Virus record (IMG/VR): IMGVR_UViG_3300025789_000018
Source of the DNA: a virus
Lineage: Duplodnaviria > Caudoviricetes
Length of the DNA stretch: 64,000 nt
Strand: one strand, 5' to 3'
The notes beneath the pieces are model-generated. The model had not been told where the DNA came from, ran no database searches, and saw only the letters and a list, made by a program, of their open reading frames with translations. A program made the position numbers and the translations under genes. Below are positions 8,246-17,998 of the stretch, in pieces (position 1 is the stretch's first letter; every line of letters starts with the position of its first letter).

Positions 8246-8471
8246 AAAGTTCTTTAATACATTCCAAGAGAATACCAAAAGTAGCAGGCAACATTGCAAA
8301 TTGAGCAACAATATTAGATTCTTTATCTACTATTTGAATAGCGAGACTATCCGATTTAGTATCATCATCAAAGATGAGATCACCGAACGCAACAGTAACA
8401 GCGCCGCCAGAAGGAGTGGCTTTTGTTACATCTTTGATGCCAACAAACTTTTTACTTTTCATTTCTACCAC
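8229..8471 (-). CDS. hypothetical protein
   Basis: ORF track, co-oriented. Confidence 0.5.
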   Translation of the reverse strand: MVEMKSKKFVGIKDVTKATPSGGAVTVAFGDLIFDDDTKSDSLAIQIVDKESNIVAQFAMLPATFGILLECIKELYEHSE

Positions 8472-8770
8472 TCCGGACCAAAAGTTTCATCGGTCTTTTT
8501 ATAAACAACAAACCAATCACAACCATAGGCAGGACACACATGAATTGTCTCTGGCAAACGATTAGCATCCTTGCCACCACCTTCACCACAGATGAAGTAA
8601 CGATCACCAAGTTTTTCTGCTAGAATGGTGTGATCGATAAGACTATGAAACTTACGAAGATGTTCTAGTTCACCTTCATAGGCTTCTACTTGAAGTTTAT
8701 TATTAGAAAAATACTCTTCCATTTTCTCTTCAAATGAGTCATCATGAATATCAGGCACAATTGCCTCCAT
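8465..8770 (-). CDS. hypothetical protein
   Basis: 101 aa; FICGEGG...LPExIxVCPAYG motif. Confidence 0.65.
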   Translation of the reverse strand: MEAIVPDIHDDSFEEKMEEYFSNNKLQVEAYEGELEHLRKFHSLIDHTILAEKLGDRYFICGEGGGKDANRLPETIHVCPAYGCDWFVVYKKTDETFGPEW

Positions 8771-8966
8771 GTTCTTTTACAAACTCATTATGCGCTTTGA
8801 GGTTTTGTTCGACAACCCATTGAAAGACTTTCTTGGCACCTTCCTTATTGATAGTGCCATCGATCATGGCGCAGACAATCTTCGCTTCCTGTTCCAGTAG
8901 AATAGGACACTTTAGAAACTTTTCTAGCCACTTTTCAAAGTCTTTAGTTTCAGATTCAGTCATCAA
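8751..8966 (-). CDS. hypothetical protein
   Basis: ORF track, coupled. Confidence 0.55.
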   Translation of the reverse strand: MMTESETKDFEKWLEKFLKCPILLEQEAKIVCAMIDGTINKEGAKKVFQWVVEQNLKAHNEFVKEHGGNCA

Positions 8967-9322
8967 CCTCTCCGCATCTTAGCAATATCTTCAGCATCTT
9001 CCTGGCTGAATACAGGAACAAGATTAGACTTATGCATCACAGCAACACCAAGCAACTTTCGTTCGCCAGTATACACCTGTTCCTTACGAGCAAAAGCCAC
9101 ACCAACACCTTCACCTGAAGGATACATCTCTCGGTGGTCTTGCGCAACAGTACCAGCAAACAATTTACCGAGCTTCTTAGGTGCAGCTTTCTTCTTAGGA
9201 CCAGTTTCAAAGCCATACTTTTTCAGCAGCTTTTGGTAGGCAGGATCATTGGTGTTAGTCTTCTTGCGCTTCTTGCCACTACGGTTTGTGGTTACATAGG
9301 CGGGCATCAATTGCATAGTCAT
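8963..9322 (-). CDS. conserved T4-like hypothetical protein
   Basis: YTGxxxLLGxAxMHKSNLVPVF...AxDIAxMRR motif; follows an early promoter. Confidence 0.75.
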   Translation of the reverse strand: MTMQLMPAYVTTNRSGKKRKKTNTNDPAYQKLLKKYGFETGPKKKAAPKKLGKLFAGTVAQDHREMYPSGEGVGVAFARKEQVYTGERKLLGVAVMHKSNLVPVFSQEDAEDIAKMRRG

Positions 9323-9342
9323 AACAAATTCCTTTCACCCCT

Positions 9343-9371
9343 AGTATACCAAAAACAAAACCCAAAGTCAA
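9343..9371 (-). promoter_or_regulatory. sigma70-type early promoter
   Basis: TTGACT-17-TATACT. Confidence 0.75.
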
Positions 9372-9571
9372 GTTATTTTTAGTAGACGATAATACTCTTC
9401 AGCAATGATCTTAAGATCTTTATCCATGTCGCTATAGACACTAAAATCTAAAGCTGAGTCTATAATTTCCTGAATATCTTCTTCCATCAGCTCACCCTTG
9501 AGTTCTTGGAGAAATTCATCAGCACGAGATAAAGTCTTCTTTGTAAAATCTACTCTAACGACATTGTCCAT
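9368..9571 (-). CDS. hypothetical protein
   Basis: 67 aa; MDNVVRVDF start. Confidence 0.6.
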   Translation of the reverse strand: MDNVVRVDFTKKTLSRADEFLQELKGELMEEDIQEIIDSALDFSVYSDMDKDLKIIAEEYYRLLKIT

Positions 9572-9572
9572 A

Positions 9573-9794
9573 TTACTTCCTTTTTATAAAACGATAAACG
9601 ATAATAAACACAACGAAAAAATACATGTATGCACAATCGACAAACACAGGTAGAAAAACGTAGTGCCAGTCCCAGGTGATAAGATCCACCGATTTAAGAA
9701 CAGCAAAAACAATAGTCAAAAATATAGGATAACTAGAATCCATTAAATTCTCCATCATCAACCCGAGTCCAATGCGAGTCATATTCATCATCAA
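9573..9794 (-). CDS. small membrane protein
   Basis: FLTIVFAVLK...ITWDWHYVFLP transmembrane pattern. Confidence 0.55.
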   Translation of the reverse strand: MMMNMTRIGLGLMMENLMDSSYPIFLTIVFAVLKSVDLITWDWHYVFLPVFVDCAYMYFFVVFIIVYRFIKRK

Positions 9795-10053
9795 AGTCTA
9801 CGATTCCCAAAGGCTCATCAAACTCATCACGATATTTTTGTTCTGATTGTCGAAACTTAACATCACTCACAACTTCTTCCATTTGAATCTTTTGTTGTTT
9901 GCCCTTCTCAGTCTTAAGATACTCGCTCTGTTTCTTAGCCAAAAGGGCTCGACTCTCAGGACTGAATTGCCTGGAATTAGCACACTGACGACTGCAGAAT
10001 TTTCCTGGCTTTTCGTGTTCAGCGGAGCACTTCGGACAGATCTTTTTTGACAT
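9733..10053 (-). CDS. hypothetical protein with N-terminal zinc motif
   Basis: CPKC...KFCSRQCANSR. Confidence 0.6.
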   Translation of the reverse strand: MSKKICPKCSAEHEKPGKFCSRQCANSRQFSPESRALLAKKQSEYLKTEKGKQQKIQMEEVVSDVKFRQSEQKYRDEFDEPLGIVDFDDEYDSHWTRVDDGEFNGF

Positions 10054-10699
10054 AATAGTCCCTTATAAGTTCCATGGCATCTTTGATATAATCATCACGC
10101 TTACGAATGAATATCTTACCGTAATTACTTTCTTCAGCAGCCATAACAATAACAAGCTGAGGAACAGGAATTCCTGTCCGTTCTTCAAACATAACTGCAT
10201 ATATAGCTGTTTGCATAAAGTATGACTTGATCCATTCAGCAGGCTTGATCTTAGTGGATGACTTAAAGTCTACGATGGAGTTACGACCTTTCCACTCAGC
10301 AGCGCAGTCAATACGCCCACCAATCTTCAAGTAGTCAGAGGTGAGTGGAGTTTCAATACCACGAACAACACCGATGTTATCATCCAAATGATGTTTGATC
10401 TGATTGAATAACGATACTGTTGACGGAAGAGCTTTCTTGAGATAATCTGGATCATTAAGTAGATACTTCTCACAAACAGTATGAAGAGCAGTTCCTCTGC
10501 TCGCTGCTTGTCCAGATATCCTGAGTGCTTCAACAACACCAACTCTCTCGCGCCATTCCATTATGGCTTTCTTGGAATATTCGCCCATGATAGTTGTGAC
10601 GGAAGGATACTTTTTGCCTTCGGGTGATGTGTAGAACCGACCGCCGGATAGTGTTTCGACGATCGGTTCTGGGAGCGTTATGATTTCATGTTTGAACAT
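10019..10699 (-). CDS. PD-(D/E)XK (Cas4/RecB-like) exonuclease
   Basis: YPSVTT, RGTALH, GRIDC, IVDFKSS, YFMQxAxYA. Confidence 0.85.
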   Translation of the reverse strand: MFKHEIITLPEPIVETLSGGRFYTSPEGKKYPSVTTIMGEYSKKAIMEWRERVGVVEALRISGQAASRGTALHTVCEKYLLNDPDYLKKALPSTVSLFNQIKHHLDDNIGVVRGIETPLTSDYLKIGGRIDCAAEWKGRNSIVDFKSSTKIKPAEWIKSYFMQTAIYAVMFEERTGIPVPQLVIVMAAEESNYGKIFIRKRDDYIKDAMELIRDYYVKKDLSEVLR

Positions 10700-10704
10700 A
10701 ATAT

Positions 10705-10733
10705 ATTATACCCTGTTTGGGTCAGTAAGTCAA
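10705..10733 (-). promoter_or_regulatory. sigma70-type early promoter
   Basis: TTGACT-17-TATAAT. Confidence 0.75.
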
Positions 10734-11479
10734 TACAAACCTAGTTGATATTCAGCTTTAATAAAGTCTTTAACAAATCCTGAGCGAACGATATCTTCAA
10801 TCTCAAATTGCACAGTAGCCATACAATCCATGACATTAAAAACTTTCATCATCTCAGATAGACCACTGGATTCTTTGAATCTATCGCTAGTGAGGTCATC
10901 TTGCTTAGTGTCACCACATAAGATGATCCTGGAATTATCTCCTGTACGCGTGAGGACAGTGCGTAGCTCGACGTAACGCTGATTTTGTACCTCATCGACG
11001 AGAATAATTGCGTCGTCAATGGTCGTGCCACGTAAGAACGAGGTGCTGTGGAATTCAATAATCCCCTTTTGTTTGAGAATATCGTAAGCATCTCCTCTTC
11101 GGAATAATTCCGAGCAGATGGCTCTATAAGCAGACTCATAAACTTCCAGTTTTTGTTTCTCGGAACCAGGGAGGAATCCGATATCTTTAGACGATTGGGC
11201 GGTTCTAATAATGACCAATTTCTTTCGATCATTCTTTTCTGAAAATAGTTCTCTTAATGCTAGATAGATAGCACAAAAGGTTTTGCCTGTACCGGCGCAG
11301 CCATGCAAGAATAGATGATCACCGTCAGCATAATAATCAAATGTTTTTTGTTGGTTTTGTGTTATCGGAGTAATTGGATTTAGCACAAAACTTGGTGTTG
11401 CAGAAGATTCTCCTCTTTGGCTTCTTCTTAATTTCTTTAACTGAGTTTTAGTTAATGGTCTTTCCGTCTCGTCTATCAT
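10730..11479 (-). CDS. phoH: PhoH-like ATPase
   Basis: GCAGTGKT, IGFLPG, FLRGTT, ILVDEVQN, TRxG...ILCGDTKQDD, IVRSGFVK. Confidence 0.92.
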   Translation of the reverse strand: MIDETERPLTKTQLKKLRRSQRGESSATPSFVLNPITPITQNQQKTFDYYADGDHLFLHGCAGTGKTFCAIYLALRELFSEKNDRKKLVIIRTAQSSKDIGFLPGSEKQKLEVYESAYRAICSELFRRGDAYDILKQKGIIEFHSTSFLRGTTIDDAIILVDEVQNQRYVELRTVLTRTGDNSRIILCGDTKQDDLTSDRFKESSGLSEMMKVFNVMDCMATVQFEIEDIVRSGFVKDFIKAEYQLGLY

Positions 11480-11526
11480 AGAGATCCTTGTTTAACTGGA
11501 AGTTACCATAACCAATGGTGTTCACT

Positions 11527-11835
11527 CTAATTAAGCGGTCCTCCCACTTTGCTCTTCACCCTATTTACTGCATTACGTAACTTGGTTTCCGTTACACCCT
11601 TTGAACCTTCTTTCTGACCAAGAGGGGTATACGGATTAGCCTTAGCGATTTTCCCAATCATTTCTTTAAATCCATCGTCTGTTTTGATACCCCCGACACC
11701 GGAAACGATGGCGGGAGCACACGGGACTTTTACAATGTGGGGATTTTCGGAAAGATATACCTCTAGCGAAGAATATGACATAAACACGTCAAATTCTTCT
11801 TTAGATTCAGTGTTATAGAGTCCATACATTGGCAT
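11527..11835 (-). CDS. conserved T4-like hypothetical protein
   Basis: MPxY...YLxENPH...APAIVSGV...DGFKExxxKIxKA motif. Confidence 0.7.
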   Translation of the reverse strand: MPMYGLYNTESKEEFDVFMSYSSLEVYLSENPHIVKVPCAPAIVSGVGGIKTDDGFKEMIGKIAKANPYTPLGQKEGSKGVTETKLRNAVNRVKSKVGGPLN

Positions 11836-11851
11836 AGAATTAAAAATTCCT

Positions 11852-11914
11852 TATAAATAAAGTATCAGTCGCGGATGGCCGTCCCACTGATTCTAATCTT
11901 ACTAGGAGACCAGC
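11852..11914 (+). promoter_or_regulatory. T4 late promoter plus conserved structured leader (second copy)
   Basis: TATAAATA; stem ATCAGT/ACTGAT enclosing CGC-GGAT-GGCC-GTCC-C; TCTAA; AGGAG. Confidence 0.7.
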
Positions 11915-12469
11915 ATGACTATTTATTACGTTTACGCATACATTAATAAGAAAACAGGACTGCCATACTATATTGGCAAAGGCAAAAATAAAAGAGCTTA
12001 TTCCAAACATCATGGGATTTCAGTACCTAAAGATACTACAAAAATAGTATTTTTAGAAAGAAACTTAACAGAACTTGGAGCATTTGCTCTTGAGCGCAGA
12101 TACATTCGTTGGTATGGAAGAAAAGACATAGAAACAGGAATTCTTTTAAATAGAACAGATGGGGGTGAGGGAGCCACAAATACTGTTCGAAAAAAAGGAA
12201 TAAAAATGTCTGAATCTGCCAGAATTAACATAAGAAACGGACAATTAAATTCTCCCAACAAGAATAATAATAGAAGCAAAGCAGCAAACACAAATAAAAT
12301 AAAATATGGAGTAGTTACCCCGTTACAACAAAAATACGTAATAGAAAAAGTGGCATTAAAAAATAAACAAAGAAATTCAATTATAGATACCTGCCCTCAC
12401 TGTAATAAAGTCGGACAATTAGTAGCTATGCAAAGATGGCATTTTGATAATTGCAAACAAAACAAATAA
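11915..12469 (+). mobile_element. free-standing GIY-YIG-family homing endonuclease, antisense
   Basis: YYVYAY...[33 protein letters not shown]; C-terminal CPHC...RWHFDNCK. Confidence 0.8.
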
Positions 12470-12491
12470 CTCCTTTGCATTATTTATTAAA

Positions 12492-12854
12492 TCAATCAGC
12501 CTGGCGGGTGATAAAATTCTTCCGAATCTTAGAAGGATTAAAATATTTCTTAACAATTGCCACGGCCAGATCGTCGTCATATTCTTTACAAGAAAAGATA
12601 TCGATGTATCCTTCTCCAGTATGATCATTGAAGTGTGCAATGATGTTACTGGTTTCAATCAGCTGAATAACAGTCCATCCTTCCAGATGGATTTCATTGT
12701 GACCGAAATGAAGAATCTGAGGTTCGCCGTAGGGAACCATTTCTATTTCTACAACCAACTCTTTTACCCAATTGCGTAGGGTATCAGGATTAGTAATCGC
12801 TTCGAGATTGCAATCGCTGCAATCTAATAGTGTGTGGTATCCCCAGTAAGACAT
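12492..12854 (-). CDS. speD: S-adenosylmethionine decarboxylase-like proenzyme
   Basis: GYHTLLDC...C, GWTVIQLIETSNIIAHF, YIDIFSCK. Confidence 0.75.
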   Translation of the reverse strand: MSYWGYHTLLDCSDCNLEAITNPDTLRNWVKELVVEIEMVPYGEPQILHFGHNEIHLEGWTVIQLIETSNIIAHFNDHTGEGYIDIFSCKEYDDDLAVAIVKKYFNPSKIRKNFITRQAD

Positions 12855-12898
12855 CGCATAAAGACTCCAATTACAAGTATTAAAAAGATATTTATGAC

Positions 12899-13078
12899 TT
12901 AATAATCTTCGTCTTCATCAAGATCCATCAACGTATCAACATCAAGAGTCTTTAACGCTCTTTGAATTACCTTGTTTTTACGTTTGTCTTTAAACTTCTT
13001 TTCGCGCTTCGGATCATAATAGTCATCATCATAATCCGAAAAGGTATTATTGTGGCGCGAATTCTTACTTTTGCTCAT
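12899..13078 (-). CDS. small highly charged protein
   Basis: Manual translation MSKSKNSRH...DEDEDY, 59 aa. Confidence 0.6.
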   Translation of the reverse strand: MSKSKNSRHNNTFSDYDDDYYDPKREKKFKDKRKNKVIQRALKTLDVDTLMDLDEDEDY

Positions 13079-13514
13079 CCGACAGCATCCCAGGAAAAGT
13101 TTCTTCTACAATCTTGCGGGTAATCTTCTTATAAGGAAGTTTCTTGTTCTTTGCATGTAACAGAAGTTTTGCATCTTCAGGATCAATAGATTCTAAGACC
13201 TGAATGAAAAGAACTTCCCTCTTAGTTTGGTGAATATCAGGACCACCAACCATGAAGTACTGCATCTTACGAATTTCCTGATGCAGACGACCATGCTGAT
13301 CAATAGCCTCACATGGCTTATACGGCGGATCACCAGGAGGTAGTGCGAACTGCAGATTGCTGTCCATAGCGAGACGAATCACCTGAATCGCTGCAGGTAC
13401 TTGTGCATTGGCCTGACGCAATGCAGCCTTACGAGCTTCAACATCTTTTACGTTGTCGATCATCGTAAGAATTTCATGAATAGACTTAATTGCCATTGTA
13501 TTAAAAATCTCCAA
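13065..13514 (-). CDS. conserved T4-like protein (DUF6433-like)
   Basis: LPPGxPPY...KRExLFIQxLEsIxPxDAxLL..AKxKKLPY...VxExFP. Confidence 0.75.
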   Translation of the reverse strand: MEIFNTMAIKSIHEILTMIDNVKDVEARKAALRQANAQVPAAIQVIRLAMDSNLQFALPPGDPPYKPCEAIDQHGRLHQEIRKMQYFMVGGPDIHQTKREVLFIQVLESIDPEDAKLLLHAKNKKLPYKKITRKIVEETFPGMLSDEQK

Positions 13515-14358
13515 TCGTTTCCATTAAATTCTTCAACTTGTGTGTGATGAAATAGTTAAACAGCTTAGACCTATCGGTCGCACCTTCTGGGTTTTCATAC
13601 TGCTTAATGATTTCCTCTTCTATATATGCCGGAACATTATCCAAGTCAATAAGAGTTTTATTCCTCGAATAGTTACGAAGCACCATGGTGCTCATAACAT
13701 CTTGAGGTTCAGCATCAATATATACAGCGATACGTTTGGCAGTAAGCGGAGTTTGCCTACCACCATCAACAAAAACGCTGTCAGTTGATAGAATATTAGG
13801 AACACCATCAGAGCTATCACCCTTGAGAATCTGTTCCTTCAGAAACTTCTCAGGATCATTACAAACCACATTCTTCTTAAGAACAGGGTTGTATTGAAAG
13901 ATGTTGCGATACTTTTGAAGCTGCTGGAAATCCTTATCTCCAGACAGAATCATAATCTTGCCGTGAGGATGATATTCCTTACAAATGATTGCAATGATAT
14001 CATCAGCTTCAGCGCGCTCTACACGAATAACCTTATACGGAAAGTAGTCACGCAGCTCATCACGGATGGTGCTCATACACTCAAAGAATTCATTCCAATT
14101 AAGCGACGAAGCATCACGATCAATCTTACGACGAGCCTTGTAATAGGGGAAGACATCCTTGCGCCAAACATTACCACTATCGCAAGCGATAACAACATCA
14201 TCACCAAATTCGTCTTTAAACTTATTGATATTGGTTCTAAGAGTATTCAGAACCATATGCCGAATAAGATTAACATCCAATTCAATGTCACTTTGCTTAC
14301 CCTTAAGCGACGACATAATTGTAGAAACCATAACTTGTGACAAATCCACAATAATCAT
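13501..14358 (-). CDS. rnh: RNase H / 5'-3' exonuclease (T4 rnh)
   Basis: IIVDLSQ, IACDS, WRK..FPYYKA.R, EADDII, ILSGDKDFxQL, GDSSDGVPNI. Confidence 0.93.
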   Translation of the reverse strand: MIIVDLSQVMVSTIMSSLKGKQSDIELDVNLIRHMVLNTLRTNINKFKDEFGDDVVIACDSGNVWRKDVFPYYKARRKIDRDASSLNWNEFFECMSTIRDELRDYFPYKVIRVERAEADDIIAIICKEYHPHGKIMILSGDKDFQQLQKYRNIFQYNPVLKKNVVCNDPEKFLKEQILKGDSSDGVPNILSTDSVFVDGGRQTPLTAKRIAVYIDAEPQDVMSTMVLRNYSRNKTLIDLDNVPAYIEEEIIKQYENPEGATDRSKLFNYFITHKLKNLMETIGDF

Positions 14359-14679
14359 TTAATTTTCCTCAGTTGTTTCCTCAGCATCTTCTAATGAAAT
14401 CATATCAGTAGCAACTGCTTGAAGTGGGTGTTCAGCGTTCACACTACGGGCAAGTAAAGACTTAATAGATTCAGCAACGAGTAACGCATCCTTAAAACAT
14501 TCATCACCTGAGATAGTGAATCCCATCATATCAATAGCAACAAAGAGATTTTCAATAAGATTCTCTGATGCCATATCTATTAGTTCTTCTTTAGACTCTC
14601 GAATAACTTCTTTAACCTGTTCGGGATCAGGTGCTCTTGGATTGTGTTTAGGAAACGTTACTACATTGTTTTCATTCAT
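14359..14679 (-). CDS. hypothetical protein
   Basis: 106 aa; NVVTFP start. Confidence 0.65.
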   Translation of the reverse strand: MNENNVVTFPKHNPRAPDPEQVKEVIRESKEELIDMASENLIENLFVAIDMMGFTISGDECFKDALLVAESIKSLLARSVNAEHPLQAVATDMISLEDAEETTEEN

Positions 14680-15752
14680 TTGATAACCCTTAGCAGAATG
14701 GTATCGGAGTTTATCCTTCCAGTCAGCTTAATTTCAGCTGTCTTGATACCACCCAGCAGGTTGCGTTGGGTTACTTTGCCCGCAGACATTACCTGAGGAA
14801 GAACCTCTTCAGGCTTCCTGAGCTTCTTGCCGATAGACAGGTCTGGATCAAATCCAGTAATCGTAGTACCCTTCACTGACAATCCCTTTGGGTTATTGGT
14901 ATGGTAAACACCAAGGACTCTATATTTATGATTATAGACCCATAGGGAAGTTGCACCAACGATATTGGCAGGAGCAGCAGAAACCAGTTTCAGTTCAGGG
15001 AATGCAGAAGCATACTTAACATTCTTGACCAAGTCAACAGCAGTCTTAGCCTTGAAAGTCTTAGGCTTACGAACCTTAACGACTTTCTTGTTCTGAATGT
15101 ATCGATCAACATTAGTGATGAAGTCAGTCCAGTATTCCTGATGTTCCTTGAACTTCTTCTTACCACAAACATCAATCACATCAGCGTGAGGGGTTTCCCA
15201 GTCAAGGTATGACTTGAGATAATAGTCACAAAGAGTAGTAGCTGCCTGCTGAGTAGCTTCCTTGTTTTGCAACCAAGTGTAGATGTCAAGATTAGGATCA
15301 TTGTCAAGAGCTTCTTCGCAATCAGTGATAAGCTGATCAATCTTAGCCCGAACACGATCTTGAATAGAAACCACATTCGTTTCTTCAGCTTTAGCTTCTT
15401 TAGCAATTTCTGCATGATTAGCAGCATCAGTCAGGCGACCGTAAAAACGATCCATCACAGGCTTAGAAAAGACAGTTCCATTGAGACACATACGTGCAAC
15501 CCAACAGCTAGTCGTTGGGATTCTCCAATCAGGCAGACTACGCAGACGCGCAATAAGCTGATTCTTATTTTCTTGCTTAAGATACTGAAACAACCACTTC
15601 TTACCCGTATCCACGGTATGCATGTAGTTGTACCAGTTCAGAGCAGTTGAGAACTGAGAATCAGTCAACTCTCCAAGAAACACAGGCTCAGGGCCATAAT
15701 GCCTTTCTTCGAGAGTCAACTGGGCGGAGCGGGATATAGCTTTCTTTTTCAT
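14676..15752 (-). CDS. conserved T4-like hypothetical protein
   Basis: 358 aa; ALNWYNY, LWVYNxKYRxLGVY, LSVKGTTI, KKLRKPEE, GRINxDTILL. Confidence 0.75.
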   Translation of the reverse strand: MKKKAISRSAQLTLEERHYGPEPVFLGELTDSQFSTALNWYNYMHTVDTGKKWLFQYLKQENKNQLIARLRSLPDWRIPTTSCWVARMCLNGTVFSKPVMDRFYGRLTDAANHAEIAKEAKAEETNVVSIQDRVRAKIDQLITDCEEALDNDPNLDIYTWLQNKEATQQAATTLCDYYLKSYLDWETPHADVIDVCGKKKFKEHQEYWTDFITNVDRYIQNKKVVKVRKPKTFKAKTAVDLVKNVKYASAFPELKLVSAAPANIVGATSLWVYNHKYRVLGVYHTNNPKGLSVKGTTITGFDPDLSIGKKLRKPEEVLPQVMSAGKVTQRNLLGGIKTAEIKLTGRINSDTILLRVIK

Positions 15753-15758
15753 GACACC

Positions 15759-15787
15759 TTTATACTATAGGTTGCCGGTAAAGTCAA
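15759..15787 (-). promoter_or_regulatory. sigma70-type early promoter
   Basis: TTGACT-17-TATAAA. Confidence 0.6.
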
Positions 15788-16803
15788 GCTGTTTTATAGC
15801 TGAACATCTGCGAAGGAGGAGCCAGCGACTTGTCCTTATATTCTTCAAGCAGTGACAAGAACAGACCTTCCCACTTAGGACCAATCACTTCCCATGAGAA
15901 GCGACGTTCGGCATACTGTTGAACAAATTCAAGATGACCTTGAGCCTGTTGCACAATGTTAATTGCATGCCCAAGTGTAGAATAGAACAGACTTGCATGA
16001 ACATTAGGATCCATATCGAAGTCATACATCAGAGTCTGACCACCAGCAGTGTCAGCCAAAGCAGCAAGATTCGGATGAACACACAGACAACCAGCCATCA
16101 TCGCTTCAATAAGAACACGACAAGAAGTTTCCTGCCAAATGCTAGGATATGCAAGAATGTGTGCATCAACCATGGCCTTACGAACAGTCTTGTTATCCAC
16201 AGAACCATGATAGTTGATCTTCGGATGATCTCGACAAGCCTGATACAGCGCCTCATATTCCTTATCGCGGTCAGACCACCCATACAGTTCAAAAGAACTA
16301 TACACATCAAGAACAATGTTAGGATTATGCTTAGCAAGTTCAATAAACACAGGAACAAGCAGAGCCAAGCCGCGATGAGGGGTCGAGGCGTAGATCAAAC
16401 GAATAGGACCAGAAAAGTCCTTGGGTTTGATAGCCATCTTAAACGAATCAATACCGTTTTCGATAACAGTCGACTTAACATCAAAAGGAACGCCAAGATA
16501 ATCGCGATACTGATTGGCTTGCCAATTTGAAACAAAGACTAGCTTATGAAAGCGATTACGAAGATTAGCGTTTTCAAGATGCTTAGACTCTGGATCCACA
16601 GCAAGATCATGAAGATGAAGAATACGAATCTTATCTTCATGAATCTCGCGAACGCGAGAAGCAATAAACTGAAACTTATCTAGATTACCCTTCAGCAGAG
16701 AAGAACTTTCTACAGCACGCTGCACACCTTCTACAGCAAGTTCAGTTCCGCCTTTAGAGTTCTGGTTGGTTTCATTACGTGCGAATGGTGTATATTCAGT
16801 CAT
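15784..16803 (-). CDS. glycosyltransferase, GT-B fold (GT4-like)
   Basis: GGTE, VIENGI, LIYASTPHRGL, YPSIWQETSCxxLIEAMxAG. Confidence 0.85.
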   Translation of the reverse strand: MTEYTPFARNETNQNSKGGTELAVEGVQRAVESSSLLKGNLDKFQFIASRVREIHEDKIRILHLHDLAVDPESKHLENANLRNRFHKLVFVSNWQANQYRDYLGVPFDVKSTVIENGIDSFKMAIKPKDFSGPIRLIYASTPHRGLALLVPVFIELAKHNPNIVLDVYSSFELYGWSDRDKEYEALYQACRDHPKINYHGSVDNKTVRKAMVDAHILAYPSIWQETSCRVLIEAMMAGCLCVHPNLAALADTAGGQTLMYDFDMDPNVHASLFYSTLGHAINIVQQAQGHLEFVQQYAERRFSWEVIGPKWEGLFLSLLEEYKDKSLAPPSQMFSYKTA

Positions 16804-16969
16804 TATATTCCTCATTTTCTTGTGCTTCATATGTACTATAATACATATCAGCAACTTCTAAGCAAAGGGCAGTAACAGCCAATGGGCTAATTCTAGATGC
16901 GACATTAACCACTAGCCACTTTGCTATTACTGCCTTCCAATATTCCCAACCAGAAAGTTCATGCTTCAT
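16796..16969 (-). CDS. hypothetical protein
   Basis: Manual translation MKHELSGWEYW..., 57 aa, stop overlaps the GT start. Confidence 0.5.
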   Translation of the reverse strand: MKHELSGWEYWKAVIAKWLVVNVASRISPLAVTALCLEVADMYYSTYEAQENEEYND

Positions 16970-16971
16970 TA

Positions 16972-17475
16972 TTACATTCCAACCGGGAAGGGCGAAACGA
17001 TTACGTGCGGTTCGATATAGACAGGCTTGACATTATCCTTGCCAGGAACTTTACAGAGAACCCAAGTACCATCGGCAGAAACAGGGCTAAACAGACCATT
17101 AGGATCAGCCTGAGGCATCGGAATACGGCCATGGTCATTGTTCCAGCTGGAAACGAGCTTCTGAGGGCTGGTATACTGAGTAGCGTAAGGCAGACCATAC
17201 CCAATCGAGTCGCAAATCTTGTGCGGGCGACCATTCAAATCAAGAATATAGGTATACGTAACAAGATTCGGCTGATCACGAAGTTCAAGAATATCCTTGA
17301 AGATGCGCTTTTCCTGAAAGTTATGGATCGCAGGCAAACCAACAGATTCTACGCTCTGCTTGCTCAGTTCTTCCTGCTTTTGATTCTGAATCGTATCAGA
17401 GGACTGAGGAATATCGTTACACCCAGCAAGAGCAAGAGTAGCAGCGAGTCCAACAAAAGTAATAAACTTGTTCAT
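16972..17475 (-). CDS. lipoprotein (paralog 1)
   Basis: Lipobox LALAGC; SIGYGLPYATQYTSPQ, PQADPNGL.SP.SADGTWVLC. Confidence 0.8.
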   Translation of the reverse strand: MNKFITFVGLAATLALAGCNDIPQSSDTIQNQKQEELSKQSVESVGLPAIHNFQEKRIFKDILELRDQPNLVTYTYILDLNGRPHKICDSIGYGLPYATQYTSPQKLVSSWNNDHGRIPMPQADPNGLFSPVSADGTWVLCKVPGKDNVKPVYIEPHVIVSPFPVGM

Positions 17476-17486
17476 AATATATTTCC

Positions 17487-17987
17487 TTAATTAGTAAGAG
17501 GGAAAGTAGTCACAAGAACATGAGGCTCAATGTACTGCGGTTCTAGCTTATCTTTGCCAGGAACTTTACAGAGAACCCAAGTACCATCGGCACTTATTGG
17601 ACTATAGAGTCCATTCGGATCAGCCTGCGGCAACGCCAGTTGATAGCTGTGATCCGATTCCTTCTGCGGAGAAGTGTACTGTGTCGCATACGGGAGACCA
17701 TAACCGATAGAGTTACAAATCTTGTGGAAATGGCCGTTCATGTCCTGAGTATACGTGTATGTAACCAGCTTAGGATCATCGCGCATTTCAAGAATGTCCT
17801 TCATCAATCGCTTCTCTTGGAAGTTCTTGATAGCAGGAAGACCGACTGATTCGACACCCTGCTTAGACATTTCTTCCTGCTTTTGATTCTGAATTTCATC
17901 GGCAGTGTACTGGCGAGGCTGCGCTTCAGAACATGCACTCAGAGCAACCGATGTTGCCAGAGCAGCAATAACAAGAACCTTGTTCAT
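17487..17987 (-). CDS. lipoprotein (paralog 2)
   Basis: Lipobox ALSAC; same conserved blocks as 16972-17475. Confidence 0.8.
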   Translation of the reverse strand: MNKVLVIAALATSVALSACSEAQPRQYTADEIQNQKQEEMSKQGVESVGLPAIKNFQEKRLMKDILEMRDDPKLVTYTYTQDMNGHFHKICNSIGYGLPYATQYTSPQKESDHSYQLALPQADPNGLYSPISADGTWVLCKVPGKDKLEPQYIEPHVLVTTFPLTN

Positions 17988-17998
17988 GCTACTTTTCC

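Noticed and set aside
16868-16934. 12-bp long-range hairpin (GGCAGTAATAGC/GCTGTTACTGCC) as an ncRNA
   Set aside because: It lies inside a plausible 57-aa ORF coupled to the glycosyltransferase, with no second copy or other support
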